Origin: Thalassocella blandensis
Lineage (GTDB): Bacteria; Pseudomonadota; Gammaproteobacteria; Pseudomonadales; Cellvibrionaceae
Direction: 5' to 3'
Assembly (NCBI GenBank): GCA_945882995.1
Contig: CAMCXE010000001.1
Coordinates: forward strand, 2,084-66,083
Length of the DNA stretch: 64,000 nucleotides
Every line of letters starts with the position of its first letter. The stretch's first letter is position 1. The notes below the pieces were generated by a model. It was given only the letters and a program-made list of their open reading frames with translations, was not told the origin of the DNA and did not search any database. The position numbers and the translations under genes are program-made. This document shows, one piece after another, positions 1 through 7,760 of this stretch.

Positions 1-776
1 AACCGTTGGCGCAGCTCCATTGCCGAATTAGAATTCGGCAGCAGCCGAGCGGGAATCATATCCCAAGTCGCTCCATCCAATACCCTGCCGTTGGCCTTCT
101 TATTGCGCTTGGCACCATCTTCACCAAAAGCTCCCCACTGCTTAAAAAAGAAGTTCACACCCTTTTCAAGACATTGGTTTCGCACGTTAACTACCCACTC
201 CGCTTGCATGGGTCTGGCGCCTTGGCCGGACTCTCCACCTGCAATAACCCAGTGGATACCTTTCAGGCGGATCTGTCCTAAATCTTCAAGGAATGGCTCC
301 ACCGATAAAAATCGAGTTTTTGCCTTAATGGTTTGAAGAATGCCAATTCTGGGCTTTCCGTATTTGCGATCTTCTACTGAGACGCCAATCCAAGCATTTT
401 CTGGAACCACCCGGGTTTCGAAATACTCTCCCATTCTCAATGCACGCTTTGTTAACACCTGATAGGTGTGGTGAGGTGTCGCTCGGATTGTGTCAAAAAC
501 ACGATCAATGTAATCAAATGGCACCTCTTCGTGAAAGAGGTCGCTCATAGAATTCACAAAGTAAACAGTCGGCTTTTTGCGGCCCATAGGTTGCTCTAAA
601 CGATCCGGCATCAGCGAAACTTTAAAGCCGTTTTCATAGCCTGGGGCACCCATGGCCTGAAGGCGAACAGCCATCGTCTCTGCATAGCAGTGTTTACAAC
701 CCGGCGATACCTTGGTGCAGCCGGTAACCGGATTCCAGGTCTGCTCCGTCCATTCAATTTTGCTAGTCGTTGCCAT
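1..776 (-). CDS. Phage Gp37/Gp68 (DUF5131) family protein, 3' end cut by the window start
   Basis: Absent from the ORF track because it runs off the window. My translation from the ATG at 776-774 gives MATTSKIEWTEQTWNPVTGCTKVSPGCKHCYAETMAVRLQAMG...VNSMSDLFHE...VEPFLEDL...WVIAGGESG...FFFKQWG, which matches my memory of DUF5131 proteins. It is open to position 1. Confidence 0.6.
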   Translation of the reverse strand, partial: MATTSKIEWTEQTWNPVTGCTKVSPGCKHCYAETMAVRLQAMGAPGYENGFKVSLMPDRLEQPMGRKKPTVYFVNSMSDLFHEEVPFDYIDRVFDTIRATPHHTYQVLTKRALRMGEYFETRVVPENAWIGVSVEDRKYGKPRIGILQTIKAKTRFLSVEPFLEDLGQIRLKGIHWVIAGGESGQGARPMQAEWVVNVRNQCLEKGVNFFFKQWGAFGEDGAKRNKKANGRVLDGATWDMIPARLLPNSNSAMELRQR

Positions 777-821
777 AACGAATCCTCTCAAACGTCAAAA
801 CTATTTTCTACAACTGTGTAT

Positions 822-1802
822 TTATACAGATTCCTGAAACCGACCACCACAGGTATTGCAACCAATATCCAATCGAGGCCTACCCCATACCTGATTATCG
901 CAACCGCAGCGGTACTTCACCCTTGTTTGCGGTTTTTTGAGCATTGCCGGTAGTGGCGTTAACTGAACGCACTCCACCGGCAATGCCATTACAGCATCCG
1001 GCTCCCAAGGCGAGCCACCCTTAATCTCGCCGCTAACGCTTAGCGTAGGATCGCCCACAACCCCAGTGGCAGGCTCTGCCTCAGCGGCAGCTAACGGCAC
1101 TAGCGCTGAAGCTGGCTGAGGTGTTGAGCCAATAACATAGATTGCGGATGCGGCAGTCCTACAGCCAGCGCCATCAAAAACCTTTACTGCGCGGGGTGAG
1201 CGGAATGCGGGGATGGTATCAACCCAGCTCAATTTAAATCCCTGGTTAGATAGGGTTTTAATGGCCTCGTGAAGCGGGCCGGAGGCGAGGATGTAATCAT
1301 CCATTTTCTGTCCAACCCTGCCACCGCCCGGCAGGCCAGTGGTGGAGGGCATCAGTCCCAAGGCCTCCATTTTGTCTGCCCACTCTTTATTGTGGTACCC
1401 AGTCCGACTGGGTGTACCGAAATGGTACTGCCACACATGACACTGCTCATGAACAATGGTCTGGCACAGCTCCTCAAGCGGGCTGCCGTAAAAATATTCT
1501 GGGTTAATAGCCAGCTCATCCACATAGGTCTGATCCTGGTTAATCCAACGCTTGCGGGAGAAATACCCCATAACCCGTGGTTGACGCTGAAAAGTAAACA
1601 GGCAGGCTGGAAGCTGCCCAGAAAAAAGCTCCCGATTAAAAAAATCATATAGGAACTCAATCGCCGTATAGGCTTCGCGGGTAGGCAGTGCAGAAGCACT
1701 GGAAACGGAAAAAACCTGCGCAGGAGCGCCGGAAACTGAAAACTGAGCAACCATGGCAATGGATTCTGTATTGTACAAAACAAATATTAGGCTAAGAAGC
1801 AA
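822..1802 (-). CDS. SprT-like zinc metallopeptidase domain protein with C-terminal Cys-rich zinc ribbon
   Basis: HEQCH (HExxH) motif in the context IVHEQCHVWQYHFG...GYHNKEWADKME, plus C-terminal CGCDNQVWG...CNTCGG. The true start may be the internal Met at 1754. Confidence 0.6.
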   Translation of the reverse strand: MLLSLIFVLYNTESIAMVAQFSVSGAPAQVFSVSSASALPTREAYTAIEFLYDFFNRELFSGQLPACLFTFQRQPRVMGYFSRKRWINQDQTYVDELAINPEYFYGSPLEELCQTIVHEQCHVWQYHFGTPSRTGYHNKEWADKMEALGLMPSTTGLPGGGRVGQKMDDYILASGPLHEAIKTLSNQGFKLSWVDTIPAFRSPRAVKVFDGAGCRTAASAIYVIGSTPQPASALVPLAAAEAEPATGVVGDPTLSVSGEIKGGSPWEPDAVMALPVECVQLTPLPAMLKKPQTRVKYRCGCDNQVWGRPRLDIGCNTCGGRFQESV

Positions 1803-1986
1803 AGGCTATCCCTTTGAAGTGAGCATAGCGGGTGCCAAAGGCACTACAGGGGTGATACTGGCGGATCAGGTTAAGTCGTTGGATTGGGCGGCGCGACGCA
1901 TGAAAACGGTTGATAAGGTTTCGGATGGCTGCCTTGCCAGCGTTATTGGCATGATTGAACTCATACTCAATGCCGACGAACCCTAG
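1753..1986 (+). pseudogene. mazF: Truncated MazF/PemK-type toxin remnant (C-terminal half only)
   Basis: SKGYPFEVSIAGAKGTTGVILADQVKSLDWAARR closely resembles E. coli MazF residues around SKGYPFEVVLSGQERDGVALADQVKSIAWRAR. The N-terminal ~50 codons are missing and that position is occupied by the start of the oppositely oriented SprT-like gene. Confidence 0.55.
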
Positions 1987-2162
1987 CTGTTCAATTAGAT
2001 AGGCACATTTTGAATGCGCCACTGCAAAAAATGCCTAGGCAGGAGGGTGAGCTTGCTCTCGACCGCTCGCCGGTGATTGAGCCTGGGCGAATAAGTGTGG
2101 TGTGACTACTCAAATCTACAACTAAAGTGCTAAATTAAACACATGTCAATGGGAGAACAAAC

Positions 2163-2438
2163 ATGAACACCAAAACCGATACCACTGGCACCACCGCCAA
2201 CCCTTGGATGGAAGGCGTAACCTTTGTTGGTGGAAGCAACCAAGACAAAGCTGTGCGCATAGCGCTAGCCTTGGGGCGCGTAACCTGGACTCTTGCAAAA
2301 ATCCTATTCTCTGTCTTGGCGGTATGCACTATCGCCTTGCTTAGCGCGATGGCGGAAAATGACGAGAAGGAGGTGCCGCCTAACGACGTTAATAATCCTT
2401 TCCGTGACCCATACGACCCGTATCGGGACGTACAATAG
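2163..2438 (+). CDS. Small membrane protein, unknown function
   Basis: GGGAGAA SD 6 nt upstream of the ATG. One clear hydrophobic helix (ILFSVLAVCTIALLSAMA). No recognisable family. Confidence 0.4.
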   Translation: MNTKTDTTGTTANPWMEGVTFVGGSNQDKAVRIALALGRVTWTLAKILFSVLAVCTIALLSAMAENDEKEVPPNDVNNPFRDPYDPYRDVQ

Positions 2439-2444
2439 AACACC

Positions 2445-4076
2445 CTATTTTATCTTTTTCACCAGTGATGTAGCTGCACCCTGAGCGGCTTTAGCTGGCG
2501 CAGCAGCCGCGTCACCCAATCCATGCGTGGCCATATTGAAAGATTCGGTTATCCCTATCGCCAACCCACCACCCACAATCCCCATCATCGACGTAAACAG
2601 CACCGGCAGCGCGATGTATAAAAACATCGTGATATAACCGATGACAAGCTTAGTAGTACTGTCCTGCATATTGTCCATGGATAGCGTGGAGTGGTCAGTC
2701 ACGTTGAAAATGCCCGCCAACAAGAAATTATCCAACCAGGAGGCGAGCGCAAATAAAAATGACCAGAACACAATAGAAAAATGCACCAGCGTGAGCTGCA
2801 ATAATTTGCCGACGTTGTACAAGCTAAACATCATTAACAGCGGTAGCAACAGGGTGAGCATCATTAATACCAAAGCCTGCACAATCGGTGCTGCCGACCT
2901 TATGGCATTGGATTTTACCGAGCCGCCAATACTGCCCCACATTATTCCCAGATTCGCCGCTGTAGATTTTAGTGATTCGCCAGTTTGACTCAGGCTCACA
3001 GCAGATACGGCGGGCGTTAAATCACTGGAGACAGGCAAAGCCGCCCGCTTCTGCGCGCTCCCCAATACGGTTTTTAATAGCGCGTCTTGCTGCTCGACAC
3101 CTGGGGAATACCAGTTTTTCGTCACCTGCTCAAAATTGGTCCGCTGAGCAACTGTTAAGCCTTCGTCGTGCGGCAGAGATGCGCTATTGGTCATATCCCA
3201 CAAAACCCGTTTCCGCAAACCGTCATCGCCACCGCGCCCTTTCCACCATTGGTCGCAGGTGGGCCAGCCGGGGCCGGGGCCACCAAAGCCATTGCCTGTC
3301 AGGTCTGGGCCTTTCACGTTGTCGCCACAAAGTTCGCAATAGCCAATAGCGGAAACCGGCTTGACCATAGGCCTTAACTGGTCGTAATAGCCGGGTTGGG
3401 TGATAAAAAACTCCGACCCCATCCATGCTACATCTTGGCTGGGGTTCGGTATGGCGCTGGGAATCGTCGGATTCTCCCGCATAAACTTATTGGACGCGGG
3501 CAAATAACATTCGTTGTAAAACTGTGCGGTTTCGGCCTGCAACTGCGGATCAGTGACATTCAAGGTGCTTAAATCACTAAGCATCGCCCGTACATCCGGT
3601 TTGCAGGGCAGCTCATGCTTTAAGGCGTAGGTGACGGCCTGATTGAGTGGTGCCATAAAAAACCACCAAAACGGGGCACGCGCAACGCTGCTATCAATCA
3701 TGCCTTTAAAGACAGTGGCTTGCTGGTCAAAGGTTGTACCGGTAGCGCCAAAACCGGCGTTACCGTTCACATAGCTAAGGTCAGAGGGACTACATTCCAA
3801 GGTTTTATAGGTGGTTTTTTGTGTGTAGATATTCAGCACTGGCTGAACACCAAAAAACAGCACCGCCAGCATGAGATAGAAGCGCACCTCTAGCGTGCGC
3901 ACAACTTGCTTGGCGGTAATTCCCTCTTTTTCCTGAACCTCTAGCAGGGTTTTTAACACCATCACAATGAAGGGAATTAAGGCGATGCCCGTAGCCGACA
4001 GCAGCGACCAAATACCGTTGTACAGGTGCCACCCAAGCAGGGTGGTATAGAGATCGACAGCGGAACCCGTGAGCAT
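2445..4076 (-). CDS. Conjugal transfer protein, TraG N-terminal-domain-like polytopic membrane protein
   Basis: 543 aa with multiple TM segments at both ends and a large periplasmic middle. It is the last gene of the T4SS operon, as in PFGI-1-type ICEs. Confidence 0.6.
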   Translation of the reverse strand: MLTGSAVDLYTTLLGWHLYNGIWSLLSATGIALIPFIVMVLKTLLEVQEKEGITAKQVVRTLEVRFYLMLAVLFFGVQPVLNIYTQKTTYKTLECSPSDLSYVNGNAGFGATGTTFDQQATVFKGMIDSSVARAPFWWFFMAPLNQAVTYALKHELPCKPDVRAMLSDLSTLNVTDPQLQAETAQFYNECYLPASNKFMRENPTIPSAIPNPSQDVAWMGSEFFITQPGYYDQLRPMVKPVSAIGYCELCGDNVKGPDLTGNGFGGPGPGWPTCDQWWKGRGGDDGLRKRVLWDMTNSASLPHDEGLTVAQRTNFEQVTKNWYSPGVEQQDALLKTVLGSAQKRAALPVSSDLTPAVSAVSLSQTGESLKSTAANLGIMWGSIGGSVKSNAIRSAAPIVQALVLMMLTLLLPLLMMFSLYNVGKLLQLTLVHFSIVFWSFLFALASWLDNFLLAGIFNVTDHSTLSMDNMQDSTTKLVIGYITMFLYIALPVLFTSMMGIVGGGLAIGITESFNMATHGLGDAAAAPAKAAQGAATSLVKKIK

Positions 4077-4087
4077 GGTGTTACCCC

Positions 4088-4417
4088 TTATTTAAGCCAC
4101 TGAAAAACATTTAAACCAAACACCAGCTCGTAAGCCACGCACAGCTTAATCACAAATATGCGAAAACGCGGCACCAAGTCCGGCTGCACCGCCACACCAA
4201 ACCGACGCAGCCAATTTGGCCATTGCCAATACAGCAGCGCGTAAAACGCCAACCGTAAAACTAAAAAATTCAGGGAAAAATGCCGGGACAATTCGGAAAA
4301 AACCAGAATGCCACGGGAATTACTCAGCAGCGCATTACCCAGTGAAAGCGTAACCACCATGGCCAGAATGGCCCCGCCAGCAATCCACGCACCGCGTTTA
4401 GCGAGTTTTAATTTCAT
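4088..4417 (-). CDS. Small T4SS-operon membrane protein
   Basis: 109 aa with 3 predicted TM helices. Its stop/start overlaps the upstream gene (4414-4417). Confidence 0.5.
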   Translation of the reverse strand: MKLKLAKRGAWIAGGAILAMVVTLSLGNALLSNSRGILVFSELSRHFSLNFLVLRLAFYALLYWQWPNWLRRFGVAVQPDLVPRFRIFVIKLCVAYELVFGLNVFQWLK

Positions 4418-5808
4418 GGAGGGGCTACCCCACCGTCTTTGAATTTATCTTCGCGGGTGCGGGGTGTTTCGAGTGACTTGCCTTGAGACGATAAATCCCG
4501 CCCTTCCATGCGCTCCGATAGAAGGCGCGAGGAATTGGTGAGCACTCGGGATTTCACATCCTGCTCAAACAGCACATTGTCAATTTCCCGCTGTAGGCGC
4601 TGTTTGGCGTAGGTGATTTCTTCCTGAGCTTGCTGGTTGGCGGCAAGGTTAGGGTCTTGCTCACCCGCATTAAGCAGATCGCGGGCAATCAGCGCCTTTT
4701 CCATGGTGCGGGACATGGCCAGCTCTGAGGTAAATCGGTTGGCCAGAATGGCCTGCTCGGCTGGCGGCGCTTCACGCAAGCTGCGGATAACTTGGTCGGT
4801 AGCCATAATACCCATGCCGGGTGAGGATAATTTTGTCAGCATGGCATTGGTGATTTTGGATGCTGTCAGCGCGGTTAGTAGGTCTGCTTCGGCAATTTTT
4901 TTCTCATCGGAATGGGTCAGGCGTAAGCCTTGGCCCACTTTGGTTTTCAGTTTTGTACAGTTGGTGCAGGTGCTAATCATGCGCTCCCCCACCACACTTG
5001 TTGTCCATTTGGTAGCGGCGTCCGAATCTTTAAACACACGAGTGATACGTTCGTCACCGGTAACACCGTTGCCACCCTCTGCAGTACTAGCGCCAAGGGT
5101 CACATGGCTGTAGCCTGCCTCAACAGTGTCGGCCACGGTTAAAATCGGCGGCTGGAGGGTGCCATTGGCATTGCGGCCACCTTTCATAACGCCACCCGGC
5201 ATCATAACCCCGCGATCAGCCGCTTTCGTTTCCATATCGTCATCGGTAAATACCGGGTTATCCCCCACGCGGGCGGCGTCAGCCCAAGTGGAGTTTTTGC
5301 TGACACGCAACCAACCGTCCATAGGGTTTCGTCCATTACCCAGGTCATTTTGGAGGTCTCGACAACTCTTTACGGCACCCTGAAAGGAAAATTTGGCGTC
5401 CACTAAGCCTTTGGTCATGAAGTCATAAACACCGGGGTAATTCTCTTGCACCTTCGACAACCCCCAGGCTTGCAACATCCCGGGAGCTGCTGCCACCACA
5501 TCATTGGCTAGGCCGTACAAGGAATGTTGTGCATCTTTAAAGGTGTTTACGATATTAATGCGTGGATCGAACTGGCAATTACGAAACATATTCCATTCAA
5601 CCCCCACCTCTAAATCCACCGTGGTGCGGTTAGATTGGCGGTAATTCACATAAGGGTCAGCACCACCTACTGAGAAATACCAAGTGCCGTCCCCCGTGGG
5701 GCGCACCAATGGGATATCCGCATAGGATGGTGCGAATGCAAACAGCGCAGCAACCAACCCCAGGCTTGTAACGGCTGACTTCGCCATAGTGCTTAATGTG
5801 TGACGCAT
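4414..5808 (-). CDS. Integrating conjugative element protein (PFL_4711 / TIGR03755-like)
   Basis: Signal peptide, 464 aa. Its position between the TIGR03756-like gene and the TraG-like gene fits the family gene order. The family call is from memory and needs an HMM check. Confidence 0.55.
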   Translation of the reverse strand: MRHTLSTMAKSAVTSLGLVAALFAFAPSYADIPLVRPTGDGTWYFSVGGADPYVNYRQSNRTTVDLEVGVEWNMFRNCQFDPRINIVNTFKDAQHSLYGLANDVVAAAPGMLQAWGLSKVQENYPGVYDFMTKGLVDAKFSFQGAVKSCRDLQNDLGNGRNPMDGWLRVSKNSTWADAARVGDNPVFTDDDMETKAADRGVMMPGGVMKGGRNANGTLQPPILTVADTVEAGYSHVTLGASTAEGGNGVTGDERITRVFKDSDAATKWTTSVVGERMISTCTNCTKLKTKVGQGLRLTHSDEKKIAEADLLTALTASKITNAMLTKLSSPGMGIMATDQVIRSLREAPPAEQAILANRFTSELAMSRTMEKALIARDLLNAGEQDPNLAANQQAQEEITYAKQRLQREIDNVLFEQDVKSRVLTNSSRLLSERMEGRDLSSQGKSLETPRTREDKFKDGGVAPP

Positions 5809-5880
5809 AATTGTGACCCTGTTGTATTGCCTAATTTACGCAGCTCTTGCGCACTATCGGTATGCCGGAACAGCCCCGAA

Positions 5881-6843
5881 TTAGGGGTAGGTATCCCATT
5901 GAAATCTGCCAATGTAAAAATCGCCAGCCTTCCTGCAGCACTTGTATGGCCGCCAAAGCGCAAAGACGTAGCCCTCTTTGCTGTCCACATTCCTGCCATC
6001 TGCCCAGGTGGCACTACCTCCAAAGGCATAACCGGAGTGATCCTCCACGGGATAGAGCATTTGGAATTTATGGGTATCGGTATTGCCCGCCTCCACTTCC
6101 GGCGGTGCCCAGCAGCGGTTGCCGCAATCACTACTGGGCGGGACGTAGAGGTGAAACTGGCCGGTGCGGGTAACGATCTCGGCGGCGCGGTGGGCGGCTA
6201 CCGCCGCGTTAATTGCGTCATAAGGGTGGGTGCCCCAGCCGCAACGCGGATACACATTGGCCCACTTGGCCAAAGGCAGCTGCGCCTTGATATAGGGGTA
6301 TCCAATTAATGCCTGCGGAAATAAGCCTTCGATACTCAATGGGCTGTACCACAAAGGGTCGGCTGCCGAATCGAAATACAGCAGCCAAGGCACCTTTACT
6401 GTGGACTGACACATGAGGCCGACTTGGCCTAAGGCGGCATAGGTAGCAACAGCGGGATTGCCAAAAATTCGCACATGCTTGTAATCCACTTGCGTATCGC
6501 CGGGGCGATTTTGTTGCGACATCGTGGCCGGATTGTCATCCCCAATACCAAAACTCGATAGGTCATCAATGGGCATCTTTCCCGAATAGGAAGCGATAGC
6601 TAAGTCGGGAATGTAATGCCCAACCATAGGCGACACCTCGGGGTGGCACTCCAAAAACCCACACTTAACCCAATTGCACTCACCAATGAGCTTCCAGTGC
6701 ATACAGTCCGTGCAAGACAGACTTTTGAGTGCAATATCCCAAGAGGAAATGCCGGCACGGCTCACTGCACTGACACCACCCAGCACCGCCAAGAGTGCGG
6801 CGATTTTTACACTGCGCGAGATGCTCAATTTCGTAAAGTTCAT
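5881..6843 (-). CDS. Integrating conjugative element protein (PFL_4710 / TIGR03756-like)
   Basis: Signal peptide, Cys-rich N-terminus (CTDCMHWKLIGECNWVKCGFLEC), 320 aa. Position in the operon fits. Confidence 0.55.
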   Translation of the reverse strand: MNFTKLSISRSVKIAALLAVLGGVSAVSRAGISSWDIALKSLSCTDCMHWKLIGECNWVKCGFLECHPEVSPMVGHYIPDLAIASYSGKMPIDDLSSFGIGDDNPATMSQQNRPGDTQVDYKHVRIFGNPAVATYAALGQVGLMCQSTVKVPWLLYFDSAADPLWYSPLSIEGLFPQALIGYPYIKAQLPLAKWANVYPRCGWGTHPYDAINAAVAAHRAAEIVTRTGQFHLYVPPSSDCGNRCWAPPEVEAGNTDTHKFQMLYPVEDHSGYAFGGSATWADGRNVDSKEGYVFALWRPYKCCRKAGDFYIGRFQWDTYP

Positions 6844-6845
6844 AG

Positions 6846-7313
6846 CTACTCCGCCGCTCTGTGAGTTTCTCGGTATTGGTCATAATCCTGCACGGCGGCA
6901 GCTATATCCGTGGTGCCGTACACCACAAAACGGCAGTTATCGAAGGCGATAGCGGGAATGCGGGACACACCGCACTGGTACATCACCTCTAAACCCTTCT
7001 GCGCCTCGCGCATCTTGAGGAGAAACGCCTTGCCCTCGGCACTGGCCAGCCAGGCCTTAGCCTGCACTTGCGCCATTTCAGGATTCGGTGGATAACGCGG
7101 CGTTGTCGCATTTAACTCATCGGGTTTAGCGAGATTCCATAAGCGTATTTGGGTGCGTGGAATTTCGGGCGCGGTTATGGCGCCATCGGTAAATACGTCG
7201 ATTCGAGTATCGGCACAGGCCAGCTGAACACTGGTGCCCAGCCAAACCACCAATAGCGCGCCGCCAAAATTGCGAAAGCGCAAGGCATTTGGATTTAATG
7301 CTTCAGTATTCAT
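6846..7313 (-). CDS. Integrating conjugative element protein (PFL_4709 / TIGR03757-like)
   Basis: 155 aa secreted protein directly upstream of and nearly abutting the TIGR03756-like gene. Confidence 0.5.
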   Translation of the reverse strand: MNTEALNPNALRFRNFGGALLVVWLGTSVQLACADTRIDVFTDGAITAPEIPRTQIRLWNLAKPDELNATTPRYPPNPEMAQVQAKAWLASAEGKAFLLKMREAQKGLEVMYQCGVSRIPAIAFDNCRFVVYGTTDIAAAVQDYDQYRETHRAAE

Positions 7314-7536
7314 TTAACGCCTCTATTAACCCGCTCTACAAAACGCATTGCGGCCAAAACCACACATGATTGGGTGGCCCCACCCGACCGTAACTACTAG
7401 CGGCTTACGTGGCTAGTGGGAAGTGGAGCCTTTGTCGCCGATGCAATCATCGGTGGGCTAGTGTCATGGGGCCACCCAAACTCTTTACCGGCGGTGCGGT
7501 AACTGCACCGCACCGCCACCATCTTTAAAAACGCCG

Positions 7537-7746
7537 TTACTTCATTTCATCCGGTACCGGCTCGCAGGCAAATTCCCAGTGCGCTATACCTGCCGCATCA
7601 ACCACCTGCAACGGCGTACCCAGTGAGCGCCGCAAGTCTTGCGGGACGCCATTCACAATCAATCGGTACACATCGCCTTGGCGAATGTCCGACACTAAAA
7701 ATGGTTGCCAGCGGTCATCGCGTAAAATCATGGCAATAGTGGCCAT
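7537..7746 (-). CDS. Small hypothetical protein downstream of the T4SS ATPase
   Basis: 69 aa ORF starting 15 nt after the ATPase stop and followed by a strong hairpin (7490-7517). Confidence 0.45.
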   Translation of the reverse strand: MATIAMILRDDRWQPFLVSDIRQGDVYRLIVNGVPQDLRRSLGTPLQVVDAAGIAHWEFACEPVPDEMK

Positions 7747-7760
7747 AGGTGCCTCCTCAA

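Noticed and set aside
6-336. Two plus-strand ORFs (91 and 81 aa) at the window start
   Set aside because: They lie antisense to a much better minus-strand reading frame (DUF5131 / Gp37-Gp68-like, open from 776 to the window edge). Their sequences are low-complexity with no motif.
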